DNA from: Blastochloris sp.
GTDB lineage: Bacteria; Verrucomicrobiota; Verrucomicrobiia; Methylacidiphilales; JAAUTS01
DNA: 60,949 bases
Direction of reading: 5' to 3'
NCBI GenBank assembly: GCA_012031345.1
Contig: JAAUTS010000001.1
Location: 1-60,949 of the forward strand
In this document: positions 43,818 through 50,399 of the stretch, piece by piece
How positions within the stretch are numbered: position 1 is the stretch's first letter
Layout of the letters: the number at the start of each line of letters is the position of its first letter
The notes under the pieces: model-generated
Databases searched by the model: none
Told to the model about the DNA's origin: nothing
What the model saw: only the letters and a program-made list of their open reading frames with translations
Position numbers and translations under genes: made by a program

Positions 43818-44258
43818 ATGAAATCTCGCGTCATCATTATAGGTCTACTCTTAGCACTCATAGGCTTGGCATGGGCAATATGGCCACGGGGCTACAGCGA
43901 GTTAGTCATCACCGATTTCTCCAGGCCAGCTCACCTCTCCGCGCACGCGCCTCTGCTTCCCTTCAGACAAGGTCTAATGTATGTCGTGATTGAAGGAAAG
44001 ATCGAAGGAAAAGGGAAATTATTGGTTTATGAGAACTCCTCAGTCGAACCCGAAACGATTCCCATTTTTGGTCCACGGGTTTATTATATATCTGGCGGTG
44101 CAGAAAATTGGTCGGATAGTGTCAGAGTTACTTTTGTGCCAGAAACCATACGGACAGGAACAATTTCGATCAGGCTCTACTGTGGTGCCTACCCAAAACC
44201 CATAGACAGAAATACCGAACAAGGTGGTGCAGCCAACCTCGCTCCGCTCGGCGGCTGA
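43818..44258 (+). CDS. cassette 4: N-terminally anchored/secreted protein
   Basis: 146 aa with an N-terminal hydrophobic helix. The stop TGA lies in the attC4 L' box. Confidence 0.5.
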   Translation: MKSRVIIIGLLLALIGLAWAIWPRGYSELVITDFSRPAHLSAHAPLLPFRQGLMYVVIEGKIEGKGKLLVYENSSVEPETIPIFGPRVYYISGGAENWSDSVRVTFVPETIRTGTISIRLYCGAYPKPIDRNTEQGGAANLAPLGG

Positions 44259-44273
44259 CCACGGACGTTCGGG
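44214..44273 (+). repeat. attC 4 (short class)
   Basis: accgaacaaggtggtgcagccaac...ggcggctgaccacggacgttcggg. Confidence 0.8.
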
Positions 44274-44281
44274 ATAAAGAT

Positions 44282-44608
44282 ATGACCATCCAAGAAAACA
44301 AAGATAAGTTCGATAATTTGCAGATGGAGCTTCTCTACCAGCATGGCGAGACGATCAAAAGGAATTTAGAGAGCCTGAACCTTCCCGCAGACAAGGTCAA
44401 AGAATTAACCGGATCTATGCTTTTCGACATTGCCTGCATCAGCGATGGATCGACCGTTATGAAGACACCTGACGGCGATCCTATACAACCTATCTTAATG
44501 TTTAGTGATGGAGAGGGTTCCGAAGACTTGATTCATGCAGGCGGAGGTCTTGGATGCATGAATATGCATTTGGAGTCGTTGATGACATTTTTGAATCCTA
44601 AAATATAA
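44282..44608 (+). CDS. cassette 5 hypothetical protein
   Basis: 108-aa ORF starting 9 nt after attC4. Confidence 0.5.
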   Translation: MTIQENKDKFDNLQMELLYQHGETIKRNLESLNLPADKVKELTGSMLFDIACISDGSTVMKTPDGDPIQPILMFSDGEGSEDLIHAGGGLGCMNMHLESLMTFLNPKI

Positions 44609-44720
44609 CCCGAACCAGGCGGTGCACCCAACGCTCACCCGCGTCACGCCTCGTGCTTGTCGCTTTGCTCCGGCACGAGTCGCGCCACGGGCGAGGCGTG
44701 GGTGACCGCGGACGTTCCCT
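44609..44720 (+). repeat. attC 5 (long class)
   Basis: cccgaaccaggcggtgcacccaac...cgcgccacgggcgagg...ggtgaccgcggacgttccct. Confidence 0.75.
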
Positions 44721-44728
44721 GAAAATAT

Positions 44729-45226
44729 ATGCCCCTTCCTCCTGATTCCATCTTTGAGCTCTCCAAAGCTATCTGGACAGAAGAGGATTTCGACCAGATG
44801 GGTTGGCATGACGCCACCGTCCATGCACTGGCATTCTCGACCGATACTTTCGAGCTGCTACTCGACATTGACTATATTTATGCATGGGTTGACCCAAAAC
44901 CTCCCGAAGAGCATTTTAATTTCTGGATCTCACCCTGCACCCTTGTTTTCTCAAATGTTTATGACTTCAGCGCCTCCATAGAATTGAGTCAAGGACTTGA
45001 AGTCAGCGACCTCTCACGGGTAGATGAGACAAAACCCAGAAACTCCGACTACATAAAAAGAGAAAAAGAATGGAAATGGATTTTTGATTGCCAACAGGGA
45101 GAGCTTTCCTTTCGTTCCGTTGGCTTTCAGCAAATTACAAGAAAAATGCCGACCCGAGGTAAAAGACAAAGTTTTTCTTGGGAGGAGAGAGGTAACCCTT
45201 GCTTCGATCGAAGCGCATACAAATAA
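44729..45226 (+). CDS. cassette 6 hypothetical protein
   Basis: 165-aa acidic ORF. No family recognised. Confidence 0.5.
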   Translation: MPLPPDSIFELSKAIWTEEDFDQMGWHDATVHALAFSTDTFELLLDIDYIYAWVDPKPPEEHFNFWISPCTLVFSNVYDFSASIELSQGLEVSDLSRVDETKPRNSDYIKREKEWKWIFDCQQGELSFRSVGFQQITRKMPTRGKRQSFSWEERGNPCFDRSAYK

Positions 45227-45229
45227 AAA

Positions 45230-45299
45230 AGCGAACCAGTCGGTTGACCCAATCCCTACAGCCTTCGGCTTCCGGGGATTGGTCACGCGGACGTTCGGC
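45230..45299 (+). repeat. attC 6 (short class)
   Basis: agcgaaccagtcggttgacccaat...attggtcacgcggacgttcggc. Confidence 0.8.
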
Positions 45300-45440
45300 A
45301 AAAGAAATGCAGCGCATCTCATGCAGATTATTTTCCATGAAAACCTATGCGTTGAAATTGATCAGTTTCGTCCACCCATTCACGGCAATCGTCGCAGGCA
45401 CACGGAGGCCATGGGAGCGTCTCGCGCTCCGCAGGAAATT

Positions 45441-45551
45441 GCCGAACCATGTCATTGAGCGAACGTGCCGAATGCTCCGGTTTTGTAATATCAATCACTC
45501 GCAACTCCCTTCTGGTCATGCTCGGCACGCCGCTCATGACTAACGTTAGAC
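45441..45551 (+). repeat. attC 7 (divergent sequence, same architecture)
   Basis: gccgaaccatgtcattgagcgaac...ccgctcatgactaacgttagac. Closes a 252-bp cassette (45295-45546) with no convincing ORF. Confidence 0.65.
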
Positions 45552-45556
45552 AGAAT

Positions 45557-46039
45557 ATGAAGACATACCATGTAGCCGTATCAGCCGAAGCATATGCGGC
45601 GGCCTCTTTTGCCCGCGCAGGCTATGAAGTTTCGGTTCAGTATGGAGCAAACCAGCCAGGCTATGACCTTGTGGCTGTGAAAGACTCAAGAATACTAAAA
45701 GTCAGTGTTAAAGGATCGCAGGACGGCGGATGGGCGCTACTTGCAAAATATAAAAAGGGAAGAAATTGGATTGAAACCGCCAAAGAGTGGCTAACCAACC
45801 AACCTGAAGAGGTCGTGATGTTTTTTGTTCAGTTTAAGGACGTTGAGTTCGCCTCTCCTCCAAGGATGTATTTAGCCAGGGCAAAAGAGGTGGCGGACCA
45901 CCTCCTTAAGGGAAGAAGCGGAAACGTTTCAACCTGCCTTCTTGAAAATTATTCCTATAAGAAGGGAGTCGGAAAGGGAACGACTGACAAGATGCCAGAT
46001 TCTTGGATTTGTTCTGAGAAAAGAATAAATCAAGTCTAA
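45557..46039 (+). CDS. cassette 8: possible PD-(D/E)XK-fold nuclease-like protein
   Basis: 160 aa from the ATG at 45557. SAEAYAAASFARAGYEV...GYDLVAVKDSRILKVSVKGS resembles an E...D...xK arrangement. Weak. Confidence 0.35.
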   Translation: MKTYHVAVSAEAYAAASFARAGYEVSVQYGANQPGYDLVAVKDSRILKVSVKGSQDGGWALLAKYKKGRNWIETAKEWLTNQPEEVVMFFVQFKDVEFASPPRMYLARAKEVADHLLKGRSGNVSTCLLENYSYKKGVGKGTTDKMPDSWICSEKRINQV

Positions 46040-46093
46040 CCATGCCAGTCAGCCAACGCGCGAAACGCGCGTGGCTGCTGGCCGACGTTCGCT
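46034..46093 (+). repeat. attC 8 (short class)
   Basis: gtctaaccatgccagtcagccaac...gtggctgctggccgacgttcgct. The ORF stop TAA lies inside R''. Confidence 0.8.
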
Positions 46094-46102
46094 GAAAATA
46101 CC

Positions 46103-46750
46103 ATGTTCAATAAAGTTTTTGATTGGTTGTATCACTATGCCTCATTTTTGCCCGGTATTGGTCTAACCATAGGATATATTGGAGCAGTTCTGTCAGAGCC
46201 TACCAGAACAGCAACATTTGTTGACCATGTGGCACACTATGAAGAACAGGAAATTGGCATTATTCCAAAATGGCATCATGAAACAAAGCCCCCAAGAGGC
46301 TTTAGTCCTGTAATAGTTATGCAGCCAAAATTAGATTCTGACGGACAGCCTGTTATACGAGAATCTCAACGAACCGTTAAAGGAAAGGGAGTTCCAACGG
46401 TTTATATAAAAGAAAAGAAAGAAATCTTTGTTTCAGAACTAAGTGAAGATAAATATACAATACGACGTATCCGCTCTGTTGGGTATCTTGTTGAGAGGGA
46501 CGAGAAATTTGTTATTAGCAGCCCGCGGCTAATGACAAAAGAAGAATTGGAAAATACTCCCAAAGGGGGGATTCGCGTGCATTATTTACCCAACATCCAT
46601 AAACGTTCTACCGGAGTGTATGAAGTGTATCACGATGTTTCATGGGACGTGAAATTTGACCCAAATTCTGTTTCGATATGGTTCGCCATTGCTGGAACAG
46701 TTTCTGGAGTCCTAATTTTTCATCTTAGGCCGATGTTTACCCAAAAATAA
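46103..46750 (+). CDS. cassette 9: membrane protein with N- and C-terminal TM helices
   Basis: 215-aa ORF. No family recognised. Confidence 0.5.
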   Translation: MFNKVFDWLYHYASFLPGIGLTIGYIGAVLSEPTRTATFVDHVAHYEEQEIGIIPKWHHETKPPRGFSPVIVMQPKLDSDGQPVIRESQRTVKGKGVPTVYIKEKKEIFVSELSEDKYTIRRIRSVGYLVERDEKFVISSPRLMTKEELENTPKGGIRVHYLPNIHKRSTGVYEVYHDVSWDVKFDPNSVSIWFAIAGTVSGVLIFHLRPMFTQK

Positions 46751-46760
46751 CATGATGAAT

Positions 46761-46881
46761 AGCGAACCATGCCGTCCACCCAACACCTACCCGTCCGGCG
46801 GCTGCCGGACCTCCTGCTCTCGCTTCGCTCGTTGGCACGAGTCGCGCCACGGGCAGGTGTGGTTGACGGCGGACGTTTTAA
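46761..46881 (+). repeat. attC 9 (long class)
   Basis: agcgaaccatgccgtccacccaac...ctcctgctctcgcttcgctcgttggcacgag...ggttgacggcggacgttttaa. Confidence 0.8.
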
Positions 46882-46925
46882 AACACTGACTCGACAAATT
46901 GAACCCTCTTTCTAGTATATCTATT

Positions 46926-47165
46926 ATGATTAAGCCTCTTTCCGAAGTCACACGCGACGCCATGGAACTCTCTGTGGATCAGCGCCTTAGCCTCGTCAGA
47001 ACTATTCTTGGCACCACAGAGTCCCACCCGGCTCCTACACACGAAGTCGATCAGGCGTGGGAGGATGAAATCGCAGATAGAATTCAGGCCGTCCAGTCTG
47101 GTCAGGCTACTGGCCGCAAGTGGGACGAAATTTTGAAGGACATCGACAGCCAATTATCCGCATGA
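46926..47165 (+). CDS. cassette 10: addiction-module antitoxin (Unstab_antitox-like)
   Basis: About 79 aa. ...AMELSVDQRLSLVRTIL...VDQAWEDEIADRIQAVQSG is the typical 'putative addiction module component' pattern. Its stop overlaps the toxin start (ATGA). Confidence 0.65.
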   Translation: MIKPLSEVTRDAMELSVDQRLSLVRTILGTTESHPAPTHEVDQAWEDEIADRIQAVQSGQATGRKWDEILKDIDSQLSA

Positions 47166-47455
47166 ACCACACGGTTCTCGATGAAGCGGAAAAAGAGGTC
47201 AACGACGCCATTCTCTACTACGAGGATAAACAGGAGGGCTTGGGAGTCCGTTTTAGGGATGAGGCCGATGAGTATATTCGATGGATTTTGAAGAATCCGG
47301 AAGTTCCCAGAATAAGGAGATTAGGATACAGGCGAGTCAATTTCGACGTATTTCCCTACTACATTCCATATATCATTCATGAAAATCACATTTGGATTCT
47401 CGCATTTGCCCACGCCAGCAGGAAACCGAATTATTGGATTAAAAGAAAGCCATAA
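47162..47455 (+). CDS. cassette 10: ParE/RelE-superfamily toxin
   Basis: 97 aa. ...EAEKEVNDAILYYEDK...FPYYIPYIIHENHIWILAFAHASRKPNYW is the plasmid-stabilisation toxin pattern. Confidence 0.65.
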   Translation: MNHTVLDEAEKEVNDAILYYEDKQEGLGVRFRDEADEYIRWILKNPEVPRIRRLGYRRVNFDVFPYYIPYIIHENHIWILAFAHASRKPNYWIKRKP

Positions 47456-47519
47456 CGAACAAGATCATAGAGGCAACGCCCATCCTGCGGATGGCCGCAC
47501 CTCATGATCGACGTTCGCT
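47454..47519 (+). repeat. attC 10 (short class)
   Basis: aacgaacaagatcatagaggcaac...gccgcacctcatgatcgacgttcgct. Confidence 0.75.
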
Positions 47520-47525
47520 GAATAT

Positions 47526-47891
47526 ATGACTCAGGCACGAGTTAAACCCGAACTTCCAGATCCTTGGCCCTTTGATCAGGCCCCGAATTGCGCCGTTTTC
47601 ACTACGACTCAGATCATCCGTGAGGGCCAGCCCATAACCCACGTATATCACGATCTAGACGATCACGGGTGGCAGTTTCATTATCCCAGAGCGAAGTCGG
47701 ATTCATATGCCATAATCGTAGCTCTGAAAGAAATGTATTTCCATGACCCTACCGTAGTCGAAGTTGCAGATATTCCCCCGGGTGGCGAGCAGTTCGAGCA
47801 GGTGTTGGGATGCCTTGGAAGCGAGAAGAAAACAAATAAAATACGAACCATGCCGTGCAGCCAACCCCTACCCGTCCGGCGGCTGCCGTGA
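47526..47891 (+). CDS. cassette 11: hypothetical, possibly DUF2185/immunity-like
   Basis: 121 aa. CAVFTTTQIIREGQPITHVYHDLDDHGWQF resembles DUF2185-type immunity proteins. The last ~15 codons are encoded by the truncated attC. Confidence 0.3.
   Translation: MTQARVKPELPDPWPFDQAPNCAVFTTTQIIREGQPITHVYHDLDDHGWQFHYPRAKSDSYAIIVALKEMYFHDPTVVEVADIPPGGEQFEQVLGCLGSEKKTNKIRTMPCSQPLPVRRLP
47842..47888 (+). repeat. attC 11, 5' half only (truncated)
   Basis: tacgaaccatgccgtgcagccaacccctacccgtccggcggctgccg matches the first ~45 nt of attC9/attC2, then diverges. No L'/R' follows. Confidence 0.6.
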
Positions 47892-47963
47892 GTCACCTTG
47901 CACATTGGGGCAAAAAAGACGCTTGTATCGATGCGTGTTCTGTAATACGTTGGTTAAATCGAT

Positions 47964-48170
47964 ATGGAAACCGTGACTGTCTCTCCTAAATTTCAGGTTG
48001 TCATCCCGCTAAGTATCCGGAAGGAACTCGATCTGCAGCCGGGCACGAAGCTGCATGTCTTCCGACATGATGACCGGGTCGAGTTCATGCCGATTAGACG
48101 GACGAAGGGAATGCGTGGATTTCTCAAGGGTATCGATACCTCCATCGAACGAGAGGACGATCGTCTGTGA
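47964..48170 (+). CDS. vapB: AbrB/SpoVT-fold antitoxin (VapB-like)
   Basis: 68 aa. VSPKFQVVIPLSIRKELDLQPGTKLHV is a swapped-hairpin barrel motif. GTGA overlap with the PIN gene. Confidence 0.7.
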   Translation: METVTVSPKFQVVIPLSIRKELDLQPGTKLHVFRHDDRVEFMPIRRTKGMRGFLKGIDTSIEREDDRL

Positions 48171-48529
48171 ACGTCGTAGATTCTTCAGCTTGGCTTGAGT
48201 ATCTTGCTGATACGGATCGGGCTGATTTGTTCGCAGAAGCAATAGAAGATGCGGAGACCCTGATAGTGCCAAGCGTCTGCATTTATGAGGTGTACAAGAA
48301 GGTTTTGCGAGAGCGAGGAGAAGACTCAGCAAATCAGGTTTTCAGTTCGATGAGCCTCGGCCGGGTGGTCGATCTGGACTCCTCTTTGGCACTCGAAGCT
48401 GCTCGTCACAAACTGCCATTGGCCGATAGTATCATCTTTGCTACTTCCTTACGGTTCGAGGCGACATTGTGGACTCAGGATAGTCATTTCGAGAACATCG
48501 AGGGGGTTCGCTATTTCCCGAAACAATAA
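48167..48529 (+). CDS. vapC: PIN-domain toxin (VapC-like)
   Basis: 120 aa. Acidic residues in VVDSSAW, IYEV, LADSII and TQDSHF. Confidence 0.75.
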   Translation: MNVVDSSAWLEYLADTDRADLFAEAIEDAETLIVPSVCIYEVYKKVLRERGEDSANQVFSSMSLGRVVDLDSSLALEAARHKLPLADSIIFATSLRFEATLWTQDSHFENIEGVRYFPKQ

Positions 48530-48533
48530 TAAG

Positions 48534-48607
48534 CCCCAACGAAGCGATCACCTAACACCTCACCGTGTCACGCCACAGCGAGTAGTAGGTGATCGCGGAC
48601 GTTGAAG
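48534..48607 (+). repeat. attC 12 (short class, closest to the RYYYAAC/GTTRRRY consensus)
   Basis: ccccaacgaagcgatcacctaac...gtaggtgatcgcggacgttgaag. Confidence 0.75.
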
Positions 48608-48610
48608 AAA

Positions 48611-49366
48611 ATGAATTCCAAGCTCATAGCTGTATCTGCTGTCTTTGCGATCGTGACAATCGCTGAGGCACGCGAGCCGGAAGAATGGTGGTCTAGGCAA
48701 CGCGGGATCACTGAAGGTATTCTCGTTGAAGGCTCAGTGTCTCCTGACAAGAAGTATGCGCTCTTTGAGTTTCACAAGTGGGAGGGACAGACATCCGACA
48801 GTGCCACTACTGCGACGGGTGTCGGCATAGCCCCCGCAGACCGCTCCAAACTGTTATTCATCATTGATTCCAGAACCAAGTGGATGACCGACAAGAAGGT
48901 TACCTCGTTCCTCACCTTCAAATGGAATGACGATTCTACACTACTGGCCACGCACGATTCTGGCGCGAAGCACAGCAAGTTGAACATTTATCGGATACCC
49001 AATTCAGGTTCCGCAGTGTCGCTGGAAGTTCCTGATCTGCTTACGATTGCCACGAAGAAGCTCGGCATTCCGACTTCTACAGTATCCTCCTCCGGTCAGA
49101 CACCCATAAGGTGGCGGACACCCCATGTTCTTGAGGTATCCGTTGGAGTGAACACGCTCAAAGGCAAGTTGACCACCATAGTGCCATTACACATCGATGC
49201 AGAAGGCAAAGTTTCGACACAGTGGAGCAAACCAAGAATGCGAACAGGGGCTGTGCACCCAACGCTCACCCGTCCGGCATCTGCCGCACCTCCTGCTCTC
49301 GCTTCGCTCCCGGCACGGACCGCGCCACGGGCAGGTGTAGATGATCGAGGACTCGGTAAAAAATAA
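48611..49366 (+). CDS. cassette 13: secreted protein; C-terminal ~40 codons read through attC13
   Basis: Signal peptide MNSKLIAVSAVFAIVTIAEA. The frame stays open through the degenerate attC up to 49366. Confidence 0.45.
   Translation: MNSKLIAVSAVFAIVTIAEAREPEEWWSRQRGITEGILVEGSVSPDKKYALFEFHKWEGQTSDSATTATGVGIAPADRSKLLFIIDSRTKWMTDKKVTSFLTFKWNDDSTLLATHDSGAKHSKLNIYRIPNSGSAVSLEVPDLLTIATKKLGIPTSTVSSSGQTPIRWRTPHVLEVSVGVNTLKGKLTTIVPLHIDAEGKVSTQWSKPRMRTGAVHPTLTRPASAAPPALASLPARTAPRAGVDDRGLGKK
49239..49357 (+). repeat. attC 13 (long class, degenerate R')
   Basis: The 5' half and central block match attC5/9. The 3' end reads gaggACTCGGt where ggACGTTCGG is expected (GT missing), and the L' side pairs poorly. 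Confidence 0.55.
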
Positions 49367-49367
49367 C

Positions 49368-49607
49368 ATGACCAAATATTTCATAGTAGGGACGATATTG
49401 TTTTTTGGTTCCATCTGGAGCCTGTATTCGACACTTTACTATGGTTGGTTGACTTCCACTCCGCTCAAAGAAGGATATTTTCAAATTTATCAGAGATCAG
49501 CGATATTCTGGTTTTGGACGTTTATTGGCTTAGTCATTCTCGTGATTGCCTGTTTTATCCGCACCATCATATTATACAGAAAACAAAAAAACGAACCACT
49601 CCGTTGA
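49368..49607 (+). CDS. cassette 14: small membrane protein
   Basis: 79 aa with two to three hydrophobic helices. The stop lies in the truncated attC. Confidence 0.5.
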   Translation: MTKYFIVGTILFFGSIWSLYSTLYYGWLTSTPLKEGYFQIYQRSAIFWFWTFIGLVILVIACFIRTIILYRKQKNEPLR

Positions 49608-49630
49608 CCCAATCCCCCTACAGCCTCCGA
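49590..49630 (+). repeat. attC 14, 5' half only (truncated)
   Basis: aacgaaccactccgttgacccaatccccctacagcctccg matches the 5' half of attC6. The 3' half is absent. Confidence 0.55.
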
Positions 49631-49640
49631 CAGAAAATAC

Positions 49641-49997
49641 ATGATTACTCGCCATATTGTAATGTGGATTTGCATTTTGTGTGTAGGTTTCATGAATTTT
49701 TGTCTATGCATGTTAGCCTACTGGGTAACAAATCTTTATATGCATGTTTTAGGAGATAAGGAGTTGCCCTTAATTTCCACATATTTTTGTCCTCCGTCGA
49801 CAGTGCCCTATTTCATTATACCTATTGGGGTCGCGATACTGGGTCTTTGCGTTACGCTATTCAGACGGCAACACCAGGAGTATCCTATTTTCGTATCACT
49901 TGTTGCCGTTTCATGCTCTCTAGCCTTCGTCAGCCTTTTTCTTTTTGCGGTTGCCTTGCCACTTTTACCTATGGGAATAAGTCGAATAACGCCATAA
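49641..49997 (+). CDS. cassette 15: polytopic membrane protein
   Basis: 118 aa with about 4 hydrophobic helices. Confidence 0.5.
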   Translation: MITRHIVMWICILCVGFMNFCLCMLAYWVTNLYMHVLGDKELPLISTYFCPPSTVPYFIIPIGVAILGLCVTLFRRQHQEYPIFVSLVAVSCSLAFVSLFLFAVALPLLPMGISRITP

Positions 49998-50003
49998 AGA
50001 AAA

Positions 50004-50063
50004 GTCGAACCAGATCGTCTAGTCAACCCCACTACACGGACTGGCTGATGATTAACGTTGATA
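50004..50063 (+). repeat. attC 15 (short class, weaker pairing); last site of the array
   Basis: gtcgaaccagatcgtctagtcaac...ctggctgatgattaacgttgata. Confidence 0.6.
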
Positions 50064-50171
50064 TGGCATACAAAGAAGAAAATAAGAATCTTGGTTTCCA
50101 AGTCCTACGCGACCTATGCGCCTCCCGACCATACCCCAGTCGGGATCAACGACCCGGGTGAACCCTCCCCA

Positions 50172-50212
50172 TTCGAAATCAGAGATTAGAAATTTTCCAA
50201 CCCCGCAACTAC
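50172..50212 (+). repeat. low-complexity intergenic repeat, family 2, copy 2
   Basis: ttcgaaatcagagattagaaattttccaaccccgcaactac. Compare 23583..23640. Confidence 0.6.
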
Positions 50213-50399
50213 CCAACTCCGGCGACAGCCGTTCTGATCGGAACCCTTTTTTAGTCCAGGTTGAGTGAGAATTTTTTTGGATTTATCGTGATCGCTGATG
50301 ACAGCCAATGACTGATAATGTGGCACGTAGCCCAATACCGTTAGAACTCACCCGCCATAGAATACTCAGATCTCTCCACTCGCGACTTTAGCTTTAAAA

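Larger units (their letters stand above)
40991..50063 (+). mobile_element. chromosomal (sedentary-type) integron: intI, attI and an array of ~15 cassettes
   Basis: intI is divergent from 15 co-oriented short ORF units. Each unit is followed by an imperfect palindrome starting ..CGAAC and ending ACGTTCG.. (R''/L''...L'/R' architecture). Confidence 0.85.

Noticed and set aside
45307-45543. 79-aa plus-strand and 69-aa minus-strand ORFs in the short cassette
   Set aside because: Both derive most of their length from the attC7 palindrome. Neither has a recognisable motif or typical start context. The region is reported instead as an ORF-less cassette needing transcript data.
49240-49366. C-terminal Pro/Ala/Arg-rich tail of the cassette-13 protein as a real domain
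   Set aside because: The tail is the translation of the attC13 palindrome. The same sequence is non-coding at attC5 and attC9.
42905-50063. Regularly spaced repeats that could suggest a CRISPR array
   Set aside because: The repeats are 60-121-bp imperfect palindromes of variable sequence. The 'spacers' are 250-790 bp and each carries an ORF. An IntI-type recombinase, not cas genes, is adjacent. This is the attC/cassette architecture.
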